From Acidobacteriota bacterium (GTDB taxonomy: Bacteria > Acidobacteriota > UBA6911), in assembly GCA_963664705.1 (NCBI GenBank), contig OY761556.1, positions 2,784,001 through 2,848,000 on the forward strand: 64,000 bases of DNA, given 5' to 3'. Within the stretch, counting starts at the first letter, position 1; every line of letters begins with the position of its first letter. The notes beneath the pieces are model-generated. The model saw only the letters and a program-made list of their open reading frames with translations. It was not told the DNA's origin and did not search any database. A program made the translations under genes and the position numbers. This document shows positions 1 through 9,800 of the stretch, in pieces.

Positions 1-1
1 G

Positions 2-2137
2 ATTGCTTTTATCAAAGGTCTGCAAGGTGACGATCCCAGGTATTTCAAAGTGATCGCTACCTCCAAGCACTTTGCCGTTCATAGCGGCCCTGAGCCCCAG
101 CGGCATGTTTTCGATGCACAGGTCAGTGACCGGGATCTTTACGAAACTTATTTACCTCATTTCAGGGCAACCGTCATGGAAGGCGGCGTCTACTCGATTA
201 TGGGAGCGTATAACCGCTTCCGCGGAGAATCGGCCAGCGCAAGCAAACTACTGCTGCAGGAACTCCTTCGGGATAAATGGGGCTTTAAAGGCTACATTGT
301 CTCCGACTGCGATTCGATTCGCGATATCTTCGCCACGCACAAAATCGTCCCGACCGCGGAGGAGGCCTCCGCACTGGGCATCAAGCGCGGTTGCGATCTT
401 GATTGCGGCAATACCTACAAGGCCATTGCGGGGGCTATCCAACAGGGGCTCCTGACCGAAAAGGAACTGGATGTGGCGGTCAAACGCCTTTTTACAGCCC
501 GCATGAAGCTTGGTATGTTCGATCCGCCGGAAACGGTGAAATGGGCCCGGATTCCCTATTCGGTGAATGACTCTCCCCAAAATGCGCAGCTTGCCGAGAT
601 TGCCGCGCGAAAATCGATGGTTCTGCTCAAGAATGACCGGAATACGCTTCCCCTTCAAAGAAGCCTCCGCACCATCGCGGTGATCGGCCCCAATGCCGAC
701 GATACGGAACTCCTTGTCGGAAATTACAACGGCACTCCATCCCACCCGGTCACTCCGCTTGCCGGTATCCGTGCAAAGGTCGGGACCTCGACGCAGGTTC
801 TTTACGCAAGAGGCTGCGATGTAGCCGAGGGCGTAGCCTCCTTTGAACCAATTCCAGACTCCGCCTTCACTGCAAACCCGGGCTCCCGGAACAAACCCGG
901 AGTTACGATCGAATTCTTCAACAATCTCCAGCATGAAGGATCCCCGGTTCGAACCGAATTCAGCCCCAATATCAAAGCCTCCTGGGGCAATGATGTCCCC
1001 TATCCCGAGTTGACCGACGACCACTTTTCCGTTCGGTGGTCCGGCCAGATTCAAGTCGCGGAATCGGGCGAATATACGCTGCGAGTGGCCGGAGCCTATG
1101 GTCGCCTGATCCTGGACGGGAAGCAGCTCGGCGGCAAAATGGGTGCGGCTCCGCAATTTGTCAGGCTGGAGGCCGGAAAAACATACCCGGTTATTTTCGA
1201 GCTTGCCGACAGGTTCGGAGGTATCACGGTGGAAATGCAGTGGTCCATGCGAGGCCGCGATTATGCGGCGGAGGCCGTGGCTGCGGCGAAAAAAGCCGAC
1301 GTGGCCCTGCTCTTTCTCGGACTCTCCCCACGCCTTGAAGGCGAAGAAATGCCGGTGCAGGTTCAGGGATTCTCCGGTGGAGATCGAATCAGCATCGATC
1401 TCCCCAAAGTTCAGGAAGATCTGATGCGCGCGATTGCCGCGACCGGAACGCCCACAGTGCTGGTGCTGATGAATGGCAGCGCGGTTGCGATCAACTGGGC
1501 AGATAAAAACATTCCTGCCATTCTGGAAGCATGGTATCCAGGCCAGGCAGCGGGAACCGCAATTGCCGATGTGCTTTTTGGGGACTACAACCCCGGCGGG
1601 CGCCTCCCAATCACTTTTTATAAGTCGGTAGATCAACTCCCTCCATTCGAAGATTATTCCATGAGAGAACGCACCTATAAATACTTCACGGGAGTGCCGC
1701 TGTACCCGTTCGGCCATGGACTCAGCTATACGACATTTGATTATCATGATCTCAGGCTGGATAAATCGGTAAAGAACGGGCAGCCGGTTCATGTGTCGGT
1801 AACGGTTGTGAATACCGGAAAAAAAGCCGGAGATGAAGTCGTGCAGTTGTATATAAAGGATGTGGAAGCTTCGGTTCCGGTCCCGATACGAAAACTGGCC
1901 GGATTCCGTCGCATCACGCTGGCACCCGGCTCATCCCAAAAAGTGAGTTTTGCCATCAATCCGCGTGAATTGTCACTCATCACAGATGACAGCAGGCGTA
2001 TCATTGAACCCGGATCGTTTGATTTATGGATCGGAGGCAAACAGCCGGGATTGGCTGGCACCGCGGATGCAGGTACAACCAAGATACTCACCGGCCGGTT
2101 CACAGTCACCGGTAAAGTGGTTGAACTTGAACCCTGA
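2..2137 (+). CDS. GH3 beta-glucosidase/beta-xylosidase with PA14 insert and Fn3-like C-terminus (5' end lies outside the window)
   Basis: Frame is open from base 2 (IAFIKGLQGDDPRYFKV). KHF, MGAYN, nucleophile VSDC, EGEE acid/base region, WYPGQ, LYPFGHGLSYT and EVVQLY motifs. Confidence 0.93.
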   Translation: MAFIKGLQGDDPRYFKVIATSKHFAVHSGPEPQRHVFDAQVSDRDLYETYLPHFRATVMEGGVYSIMGAYNRFRGESASASKLLLQELLRDKWGFKGYIVSDCDSIRDIFATHKIVPTAEEASALGIKRGCDLDCGNTYKAIAGAIQQGLLTEKELDVAVKRLFTARMKLGMFDPPETVKWARIPYSVNDSPQNAQLAEIAARKSMVLLKNDRNTLPLQRSLRTIAVIGPNADDTELLVGNYNGTPSHPVTPLAGIRAKVGTSTQVLYARGCDVAEGVASFEPIPDSAFTANPGSRNKPGVTIEFFNNLQHEGSPVRTEFSPNIKASWGNDVPYPELTDDHFSVRWSGQIQVAESGEYTLRVAGAYGRLILDGKQLGGKMGAAPQFVRLEAGKTYPVIFELADRFGGITVEMQWSMRGRDYAAEAVAAAKKADVALLFLGLSPRLEGEEMPVQVQGFSGGDRISIDLPKVQEDLMRAIAATGTPTVLVLMNGSAVAINWADKNIPAILEAWYPGQAAGTAIADVLFGDYNPGGRLPITFYKSVDQLPPFEDYSMRERTYKYFTGVPLYPFGHGLSYTTFDYHDLRLDKSVKNGQPVHVSVTVVNTGKKAGDEVVQLYIKDVEASVPVPIRKLAGFRRITLAPGSSQKVSFAINPRELSLITDDSRRIIEPGSFDLWIGGKQPGLAGTADAGTTKILTGRFTVTGKVVELEP

Positions 2138-2161
2138 TAGTTTTCTCGGAGGTCAAAGGCA

Positions 2162-3295
2162 ATGACCGGCATCATCAGCGCACCGGACACGCAGAGAAAA
2201 CTCGAAATTCTCAGTACGGATGCCCAGTATGACCTGGCTTGCGCCTGCGCAACCGGCAAAGAGGAACACCGCTCGCGCGGTTCCCAGGGGTGGATTTATC
2301 CTGTAACGCTGCCCAACGGTGGAACCAGTGTTCTGTTCAAGACCTTGATCTCCAATGCCTGCTCGAACGACTGCAAATATTGCCCGCTTCGCTCCGATCA
2401 GGATGTCCGCCGTTGCACGCTCACCGAGGAAGAGACGGTGAAGACATTTCTGGATTATCTCAATCGCGGAGAGGTCTTTGGCCTGTTCCTCACCTCCGGT
2501 GTCATCGGAACTCCGGACCGGACCATGGAACAACTGATACGCGTCGCCCGGATTCTTCGCTATCGTCATCATTTTCGTGGCTACATCCATCTCAAAGTCA
2601 TACCTGGAGCGAGTGCGGCCGCGGTCGAAGAAGCGGTGTCACTCTCCTCTGCCGTTTCTTTGAATATAGAAACTCCAGGCGCGCAACACCTGGCCAGGCT
2701 TTCCGAAAAAAAACGGTTTATTGAAGATATCGTTGAACCGATCAAGCTGATCAGCCGCCTGACCGGCCGTGGAAACAAATATGCGAGAGTGAAACAGACA
2801 ACCCAGTTTATCGTGGGCGCAGCCGAAGAGACGGATGCCGAAATTGTAAAATATATGTGGGGGCTGTATGACCGTCTCCACCTCAAGAGGGTATATTTCA
2901 GCGCATATCAGAAGCCTTCAGACGGCACCCGGGAAGAAGCGCCGGTTTCCATGACACCTGCCTCCGAGGTCTTTGTGCGTGAACACCGCCTGTACCAGGT
3001 TGATTTCCTGATGCGCAAATACGATTTCTCAGAAACGGATTTCTCATTCAATGCAGGGGGCCATCTGCCGCTTGAAATTGATCCGAAGGAGCACTGGGCC
3101 AACCTGCATCCGGAATACTTCCCCATCAATATCAATAAGGCCAGCAAATATGAGCTCATGCGAGTTCCGGGTCTGGGAGAAATAACCGTGGGCCGCATTC
3201 TTCAGCAGAGAAAAAACTCCAGAATCAAGGCTATAGGAGAGATCGGAAAACTGGCACCCAGGCTTCAGAAGGCAAACGAATACCTCAGTTACTAA
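2162..3295 (+). CDS. Radical SAM protein with C-terminal helix-hairpin-helix (putative DNA modification/repair radical SAM, TIGR03916-like)
   Basis: CSNDCKYC Fe-S motif, YIHLKVIPG, REHRLYQVDFL, DPK..WA, HhH INKASKYELMRVPGLG. GGAGG SD upstream. Confidence 0.88.
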   Translation: MTGIISAPDTQRKLEILSTDAQYDLACACATGKEEHRSRGSQGWIYPVTLPNGGTSVLFKTLISNACSNDCKYCPLRSDQDVRRCTLTEEETVKTFLDYLNRGEVFGLFLTSGVIGTPDRTMEQLIRVARILRYRHHFRGYIHLKVIPGASAAAVEEAVSLSSAVSLNIETPGAQHLARLSEKKRFIEDIVEPIKLISRLTGRGNKYARVKQTTQFIVGAAEETDAEIVKYMWGLYDRLHLKRVYFSAYQKPSDGTREEAPVSMTPASEVFVREHRLYQVDFLMRKYDFSETDFSFNAGGHLPLEIDPKEHWANLHPEYFPININKASKYELMRVPGLGEITVGRILQQRKNSRIKAIGEIGKLAPRLQKANEYLSY

Positions 3296-3313
3296 GGCCG
3301 GGAGGGATATGGA

Positions 3314-3688
3314 ATGCCGGACAGGATCACCAAGCGTCTCATCGCGCCTTGCGGGATGAATTGCTCCGTCTGCCGAGCCTACCTGCGGCAACGACGACCG
3401 TGCCACGGCTGTCGCGATGCAGAACAAAACAAGCCGCCGACACGATTCCATTGCGCGCTGCGAATCTGCGAGAAGCGAACCGGGGACTATTGCTTCAGCT
3501 GCCGGGAGTTTCCATGCAAGCGTCTGCAGCACCTGGATCTGCGTTATCAGACACGGTACGTCATGAGCGAGATTGAAAATCTGCTATTTATCCGCGAACA
3601 TGGAATCCGTAAATTTCTGGATAGGGAACGCCAACGATGGATCTCGGACAAGGGCATCTTCTGCGTGCATGACAAAAAAACCTACTAG
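3314..3688 (+). CDS. DUF3795-like cysteine-rich protein
   Basis: APCGMNCSVC, CHGC, CALRIC and CFSCREFPC pattern. GGAGG SD. Confidence 0.82.
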   Translation: MPDRITKRLIAPCGMNCSVCRAYLRQRRPCHGCRDAEQNKPPTRFHCALRICEKRTGDYCFSCREFPCKRLQHLDLRYQTRYVMSEIENLLFIREHGIRKFLDRERQRWISDKGIFCVHDKKTY

Positions 3689-3739
3689 GTCCGAGAGCAT
3701 CTCGCAAGCCGGGAGCGCCGGCATCCCGGTCAGGCCTAT

Positions 3740-4339
3740 TTAAGCTTTGGCGTCGCGCACCAACTCCAGGTCGAGAGTGATTTGCACTTCATCGCTGACA
3801 ACGACTCCGCCCGAATCGAGTGCCCGGTTCCATTTGATGCCATAATCCTGCCGGTTCAGTTTCCCGGTTGCGTGCGCGCCAATGCGCGATTCACCTCCCA
3901 TGCCTTTTATGATAGGAGTCGCTTCCACTGCGAGCGATATCTCCCTGGTCACACCTCGCATCGTAAGGTCGCCAACCAGCGTAAAATTATTCCCCTGCAC
4001 GGCCTCCACCCGTTTTGATTTGAAGGTAATGGACGGATAATTTGCCGCATCAAAAAAATCCGCGCTGCGCAGATGGTCATCGCGCTTCTGCTCGCGTGTA
4101 TTGATCGAGGCCACGGCAATGGTCGCTTCGGCTTTTACGCTCGAGAAGTTCTTTCCATCAAAAGAGGCAGTTCCGGAGAGCTTGCCGAATTCACCCCGAA
4201 CCGTGCTGATCATCAGATGCTTCACCTGAAACTGTGCCGCCGAGTGGGCTGGATCAATGTTCCAGGAGGACTGGGCAATTGCCGGGGAAGCTATCAGAAA
4301 CAGAGCCGCAAAAACAGTCAACAGAGCCTGCAGTCTCAT
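3740..4339 (-). CDS. yceI: YceI family periplasmic polyisoprenoid-binding protein
   Basis: Signal peptide, WNIDPAHS, F.VKHLMISTVRG.F, RDDHLRSADFFD and LNRQDYGI motifs. Confidence 0.93.
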   Translation of the reverse strand: MRLQALLTVFAALFLIASPAIAQSSWNIDPAHSAAQFQVKHLMISTVRGEFGKLSGTASFDGKNFSSVKAEATIAVASINTREQKRDDHLRSADFFDAANYPSITFKSKRVEAVQGNNFTLVGDLTMRGVTREISLAVEATPIIKGMGGESRIGAHATGKLNRQDYGIKWNRALDSGGVVVSDEVQITLDLELVRDAKA

Positions 4340-4566
4340 GGAATTCCTCCTAAACGGACGCAGCTAGCATGGAGCTTGTCCGATTAGTTTCATATAATAT
4401 CTCCCCATCCAGTTGCGCAACCTCAAAAGGCGTTGAAAGCTTGACTGCGAGTTTAAAAGTTCGGGCTATGCATGACTGATTTGGCATCTGCTTCTGCAAC
4501 AAATTTCACTGTTCAAAAAACAAGCTTTCCCGATTAAAGTAGTACATTCCACAAGGAGTATTGATA

Positions 4567-5697
4567 ATGGCCAGACGATCGATTCTTCTGCTCTTTCTCC
4601 TGATGACGGCCATCACGGCTGAAGCTCCGGCGCAAGGTTCTCTCAAAGAGGCATTCCAGCGTGACTTTCGTATCGGGGCCGCACTCAATCCCGGCCACTA
4701 TAATGAGACCGACGCGTTGGGCAGCGCACTCGTAAAGCAGCATTTCAACACGATCACGCCGGAAAACGACATGAAATGGGAGCGAATCCATCCGCGCTCC
4801 GATGCGGGCATTGCCGGATACAGCTTTGAAGCTGCGGACAAATACGTGGAATTCGGCGAAAAGAACGGGATGTTCATCGTCGGGCACTGCCTGGTCTGGC
4901 ACAGCCAGGTTCCCAACTGGGTCTTCCAGGATGCCGGTGGAAAGCCGCTTGACCGCACAGCCCTTCTGGACCGCATGCGCGAGCACATTTTTACGGTGGT
5001 TGGCCGCTATAAGGGGCGCGTTCATGGATGGGATGTCGTCAACGAAGCATTGAACGAAGATGGCACCCTGCGAAAATCGCAGTGGTTCAATATTATCGGA
5101 GAAGATTACATTGCCAAGGCCTTCCAATATGCGCACGAAGCGGATCCGCAGGCCGAACTCTATTACAACGACTACAATCTCGACTATGAAGCCAAGTGCA
5201 AGGGTGCCGTCGAGCTTGTCCGGAAGCTGAAGCAGCAAGGCCTCACCGTGACGGCAATTGGCACGCAAAGCCACCATAAAATGGATCGGCCCTCGATCCA
5301 GCAGATCGAGGACAGCTTGAAGGCATTCAGGGAACTGGGCGTGAAGGTGGCGGTTACCGAATTGGATATCGACCTGCTGCCGGCGGTCACACGGCAGCCG
5401 ACCGCGGATGTGTCGGTACGGGCACAGGCCACGGCGGAATCCAACCCCTATGTTTCCGGTCTGCCCGATGATATGCAGAAAGCGCTGGCCAGGCGATATG
5501 CGGATATCTTCGCCGTCTATCTGAAATACAAAGACATTATCACGCGCATTACATTCTGGGGCGTCACCGACCGGTTCTCATGGCTCAACAATTTCCCAGC
5601 TCCTGGTCGAACCAATTATCCGCTTCTGTTCGACAGGGATGGCAAGCCCAAACCGGCATTTGACGCGATACTCCAGGAAGTGGTCAGAGCGAAATAG
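4567..5697 (+). CDS. GH10 endo-1,4-beta-xylanase, secreted
   Basis: TPENDMKW, GHCLVWHSQ, WDVVNE (acid/base), YNDYN, VTELD (nucleophile). AAGGAG SD before ATG 4567. Confidence 0.95.
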   Translation: MARRSILLLFLLMTAITAEAPAQGSLKEAFQRDFRIGAALNPGHYNETDALGSALVKQHFNTITPENDMKWERIHPRSDAGIAGYSFEAADKYVEFGEKNGMFIVGHCLVWHSQVPNWVFQDAGGKPLDRTALLDRMREHIFTVVGRYKGRVHGWDVVNEALNEDGTLRKSQWFNIIGEDYIAKAFQYAHEADPQAELYYNDYNLDYEAKCKGAVELVRKLKQQGLTVTAIGTQSHHKMDRPSIQQIEDSLKAFRELGVKVAVTELDIDLLPAVTRQPTADVSVRAQATAESNPYVSGLPDDMQKALARRYADIFAVYLKYKDIITRITFWGVTDRFSWLNNFPAPGRTNYPLLFDRDGKPKPAFDAILQEVVRAK

Positions 5698-5778
5698 TGC
5701 GTGCGCGGTATCCATCGCGTACTGGTTGCAGGTTCAGGCCTGCGAATTGTTCATCGCGGGCCAGATTTGGATTCATAA

Positions 5779-7806
5779 ATGCAATCTCCGCCGCCGCTCA
5801 AATGGAAAAGGTTCTTTGCCGGTCTATCGATTGCGATCGGTTCGGCCGTACTCGCCTTTCTTGTGGCCCAATTGCCGCTTCTGAAAACCATTGAATGGAA
5901 AATATACGACCTGGAGTTTCGAGCCCTGGCCCAACCAAACAAGGCCAGCGATTCCATCGTGATGATCCAGATCGACGATGAAAGCATCGAGAGAATGGAT
6001 CGCTCTCTTGATCTGGGTCGCTTCCCCTGGCCGCGGGATGTTTACAAGGACCTGCTGAATTATCTCGAACGGGCAAAACCCCGCGCGATTGCCTTTGACC
6101 TGCTTTTTCTGGAGCAAGACAAGAGCGCCGAGGGCGCTGCCAGGGATCAGGAACTGGCGGCGGCGACGGAGCGCCTTGGTAATGTGATTCATGCAGCGGA
6201 GGTAAATGACACCTTTTCCTCTGCTCCGATTCATTCGGGCGGAGACTTCCAGCTTGGCCCGGAAGTGGAGGAACACAGCAGTCTGAAAATTCCGTTTGAA
6301 GCCCTTGCCACGGCCAGCGCCAGGCTCGGGCATACATTCATGCCGCTGGATTCGGATGGACCGGTCCGGCGCGCCGTCCCTTTTGTTCGCAAAGGAAATG
6401 TCCTGTGTCCATCTCTTGCCGTTGCGACGGCAATGGTAGCCTTGAAGCTGAAGCCATCCGATATCCGGCTTGACCAGGCAGGCCTTCATCTCGGGAATCA
6501 CATAGTTCCGCTTTTTGAAGGCACGGCAGAATATCAGCGTCGCGTACGCACCCGGCATATCCTGGTGAACTACCACGGATCGGCTTATGCCGATTCCGCC
6601 AGGACCGTCAGCACCTACCGCAGCTTCCGCTTCTGCGATCTCTTTTTATCCGAACTCCAGATCGAAGCGGGAGAACAACCCGCTGTGAATCCAGGACTAT
6701 TCCGGGACAAGATTATTTTCATCGGGACTACGGCCTCGGGCCTTCATGATGTGTTTCAGACGCCTTTTGGCTCGAAGGGAGCCATGCCCGGCATGCAAAT
6801 TCATGCCTCGGTCGTTGACAGCATTCTGAACCAGTCCTTTCTTCGCCCGGCCGGCAATGCGGCATCCATAGCCCTGCTGATCGCCACCACACTGGCGGTG
6901 GCGCTTGCCAGCGTCTATTTCGGATTCTGGGGGGCCATTCTTCTTGCACTCGGCATCGGAGTTGCCGATATTGGAGCAGTCGCCATTTCTTTCCGCCATG
7001 GCATCTGGCTTGCAGGCATCCCGACCTTTATAGGACTGATTGTTGCTGAGTTTTCCAGCGTGGCTTACCGCTACTTCAGTGAAGACAAGGCAAAACGGCA
7101 GGTTCGCGCGCTCTTCGCCAGGTATGTTTCTCCGGAGGTTGTAAGGGAGTTGATGGAGGATCCGTCGAAAGCACGGCTCGGAGGGCAACGGCGCAATATG
7201 ACGGTGCTCTTCTCCGATATTCGCGGATTCACAACCCTTTCCGAAGCCGGCCAACCGGAAGAAGTGCTCCGGCAATTGAATGAGTATTTCGGCAGGATGG
7301 TAGAACTGCTCTTTCACCATCATGGAACGCTCGACAAATTTGTCGGGGATATGATCATGGCTCTTTTCAATGCCCCGGTCGCCGATCCGGATCATGCGGA
7401 TCATGCCGTGCAAATGGCATTGGCCATGCTCCGGGAGTTGAGGATCCTGAACGAGGGATGGGAAAAGCAGGGCCTTCCACCTTTCGACATCGGGATCGGC
7501 ATTAATACCGGAGACATGATTGTAGGAAATATCGGTTCGGAAAGGACGCTCAGCTATACTGTCATTGGAGATAATGTCAATCTTGGATCCCGGCTGGAGT
7601 CGTTGAACAAAGATTACGGCACCCACATCATCATCAGCGAGTCTGTAAAAGAGGCGCTCCAGGGCAAGTATTTTATTCGGAGCCTGGGAAAAACACGCGT
7701 CAAAGGAAAGACCAAACAAATACCGATCTACGAGGTGTGCGTATCTGCGGATGAACTGAGGCGGAAAGAAGAGACGGAGCCGCCGGCTCAGCCGACACAT
7801 GCCTAA
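5779..7806 (+). CDS. CHASE2-domain class III adenylate/guanylate cyclase
   Basis: IDDESI..GRFPWPR CHASE2 signature, three TM helices, cyclase motifs FSDIRGFT, DKFVGD, YTVIGDNVNLGSRLE. Confidence 0.93.
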   Translation: MQSPPPLKWKRFFAGLSIAIGSAVLAFLVAQLPLLKTIEWKIYDLEFRALAQPNKASDSIVMIQIDDESIERMDRSLDLGRFPWPRDVYKDLLNYLERAKPRAIAFDLLFLEQDKSAEGAARDQELAAATERLGNVIHAAEVNDTFSSAPIHSGGDFQLGPEVEEHSSLKIPFEALATASARLGHTFMPLDSDGPVRRAVPFVRKGNVLCPSLAVATAMVALKLKPSDIRLDQAGLHLGNHIVPLFEGTAEYQRRVRTRHILVNYHGSAYADSARTVSTYRSFRFCDLFLSELQIEAGEQPAVNPGLFRDKIIFIGTTASGLHDVFQTPFGSKGAMPGMQIHASVVDSILNQSFLRPAGNAASIALLIATTLAVALASVYFGFWGAILLALGIGVADIGAVAISFRHGIWLAGIPTFIGLIVAEFSSVAYRYFSEDKAKRQVRALFARYVSPEVVRELMEDPSKARLGGQRRNMTVLFSDIRGFTTLSEAGQPEEVLRQLNEYFGRMVELLFHHHGTLDKFVGDMIMALFNAPVADPDHADHAVQMALAMLRELRILNEGWEKQGLPPFDIGIGINTGDMIVGNIGSERTLSYTVIGDNVNLGSRLESLNKDYGTHIIISESVKEALQGKYFIRSLGKTRVKGKTKQIPIYEVCVSADELRRKEETEPPAQPTHA

Positions 7807-8966
7807 TGTCTTTTGGGGGAATCATGCATAACAGAATTTTGCTTTGCACCGTGCTGCTTTTATTTGGGGTTCCGTCCTTGTGGGCTCAATTCCCTTTCCC
7901 CCGCAAAGTGGTGGACAAGATCGATGCGGCAGCCGGAAAGTATAAGGACCTCGAGATCTCCAATGAGGAAGAAGTAAAACTCGGAGAGAATATCAGCGAG
8001 CGTATCCGTCAGCGCTTCGGCGTTTTCCAGGATCCCGAAATTCACCGATATGTCACGATGACCGGAATGGTGCTGGCAAGAAAGAGCAGCCGCCCCAGCC
8101 TCACCTACCAGTTTATCGTTCTGGATACCGATGGAGTCAATGCCTTTGCCGCCCCGGGCGGATTTGTGCACATCACGAAAGGCGCCCTGGCCCTGATGAA
8201 AAACGAGGCGGACCTGGCAGGCGTCCTCGGGCATGAACTCATTCACATCACTGAAAGACACGCGGTGCGTGCCACGCAAAAGAACAAGGCGCTTCAAATG
8301 GCTGCGGGGCAGAAAAGCCTCGCCGCCAACCCGGACCTGCTGCGTCGCGTAGAGGATGAGATGTTCAAAGTCGTCTTTGCGGGGTTCGGTCGCACGGATG
8401 AACTCGAGTCTGATGACAAAGGACTCGCTCTCGCGGCCGCCGCCGGATACGACGCGGCCGGACTTCGACGCTTTCTGGAAGCCCTCGAAAAACGCAACTC
8501 CGGATCGGATAGCCGGCAGGGCTTGTTTGCTTCTCATCCCGAAATGAATGAGCGCCTGCAGCGAATAGACGCCTCGATCCAGCAGGCCAACCGGAAGAGC
8601 GGAGCCATGAATCAGGAAAGACTTGCCCGTTATGTGAAGTACCAGCCGGTTCCCCTTGCAGGCATCGCGGCCGTACAGGATGGCGCTTCGGGCCTTGCAG
8701 AAGGGAGCGGTGGAACCGATGAAAAGAAGAAAAAGGAAAGCCAGGAAGAACCCAAGAAAAGCCGGTTCAGCCTTTCCAAGTTGAAAGATCCCCTTGGAGG
8801 GGGCACACAGAAGACGCAGAGTGCCGAAGTCACAGCTTCCGGCGGATCCCGAGGCGTGGACAGAGAGCAGACGGCAACCGGCGGTCCTAATCCGGCGGCG
8901 GTGATTGTGCGCATCAGCGAACCGGATATTCAGGCTTTTAAGAAGGAAGGCGGACTCCCGGACTAG
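7806..8966 (+). CDS. Secreted M48 family zinc metallopeptidase with low-complexity C-terminal tail
   Basis: NAFAAPGG, HELIH (HExxH), ELESD and FASHP motifs. Signal peptide. True start may be ATG 7824. Confidence 0.88.
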   Translation: MSFGGIMHNRILLCTVLLLFGVPSLWAQFPFPRKVVDKIDAAAGKYKDLEISNEEEVKLGENISERIRQRFGVFQDPEIHRYVTMTGMVLARKSSRPSLTYQFIVLDTDGVNAFAAPGGFVHITKGALALMKNEADLAGVLGHELIHITERHAVRATQKNKALQMAAGQKSLAANPDLLRRVEDEMFKVVFAGFGRTDELESDDKGLALAAAAGYDAAGLRRFLEALEKRNSGSDSRQGLFASHPEMNERLQRIDASIQQANRKSGAMNQERLARYVKYQPVPLAGIAAVQDGASGLAEGSGGTDEKKKKESQEEPKKSRFSLSKLKDPLGGGTQKTQSAEVTASGGSRGVDREQTATGGPNPAAVIVRISEPDIQAFKKEGGLPD

Positions 8967-9176
8967 AATGCAATCATGCTGCATTCCAGGATTCGATCGA
9001 TTCAGCAATTTCCGGCAAGCTCTATCCCCCGGCTAAAAAGAATCGGGATGGGAACCAGAACACAGGAATACTCGTACTTGATTAGAAAGACGGAGTCCGG
9101 CAGATTCCTGCCTATTCATGGCACCGGCCGGCGGCTCATTCCGATCCAGACCCACACTTCAATAAGGAGGCAAAAA

Positions 9177-9557
9177 ATGTCGATACGTACCCTGACTATT
9201 CTGGCAGCCGTGATCCTTGCCGGCCTTGTTTGTGCTTATGCGGCCGATATTAGCGGGACATGGACCACTCAGTTTGATTCACAGGTCGGACTTCAAAAAT
9301 ATACGTTCGAATTCAAGGTCGATGGAACAAAACTGACCGGAAAGGCCATATCCAATATAGCCGGCGCCGATGCGAAGACCGATCTCACTGAAGGCAAGAT
9401 CAATGGAGACGAGGTCTCATTTGTTGAGAATCTGAACTACCAGGGCATGGAGCTCAAAATTACCTATAAAGGCAAAGTTTCCGGTGATGAAATCAAATTC
9501 CAGCGCACAGTCGGAGATTCCGGCGGCGAAGAATTTGTAGCAAAGCGTGCCAAGTAA
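9177..9557 (+). CDS. Small secreted beta-rich protein of unknown function
   Basis: AAGGAGG SD before ATG 9177, signal peptide, then ADISGTW...LTGK...GKINGDEVSF pattern. Confidence 0.8.
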   Translation: MSIRTLTILAAVILAGLVCAYAADISGTWTTQFDSQVGLQKYTFEFKVDGTKLTGKAISNIAGADAKTDLTEGKINGDEVSFVENLNYQGMELKITYKGKVSGDEIKFQRTVGDSGGEEFVAKRAK

Positions 9558-9581
9558 GCGCAAGCATCTACCCACTGGAAT

Positions 9582-9643
9582 TTCGTATCATTCGTGCAAT
9601 TCGTGGCAGATTTGCAGCTCATATCTGCCACGAATTACACGAA
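9582..9643. repeat. REP-like palindrome (GCCACGAATT-type, 9-bp periodic arms)
   Basis: ttcgtgcaattcgtggcagat (9591-9611) is the reverse complement of atctgccacgaattacacgaa (9623-9643) with one mismatch. Confidence 0.85.
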
Positions 9644-9800
9644 GCAGTTGCTGCTGTCATTACCCCGATCTCCGCCGCCGCTCTCCCCATAGAACCCCCT
9701 AAAAATCAGTAAATGAGCGGGATGTCTCTGATTTTCTACGAATAAGATTGACTTAAATTGAAAATAGCCTTAGGACTGATCCGTTTCCTAGGAGGCTTTC

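Noticed and set aside
248-1792. 514-aa minus-strand ORF, and similar long antisense ORFs (6697-7800, 7860-9008, 15626-16624, 31362-32519, 52087-53139, 60379-61515)
   Set aside because: Each lies opposite a well-supported gene and has no recognisable motifs. Typical shadow ORFs from codon bias.
4481-4498. Sigma54-like TTGGCA...TGC upstream of the xylanase
   Set aside because: GG and GC are 11 nt apart rather than the required 10.
8976-9176. Long upstream extensions in the ORF track (also 11179, 28481, 30214, 40789, 44112, 46833, 53235)
   Set aside because: Downstream starts fit better, from SD sequences, signal peptides or domain boundaries, so coordinates were trimmed.
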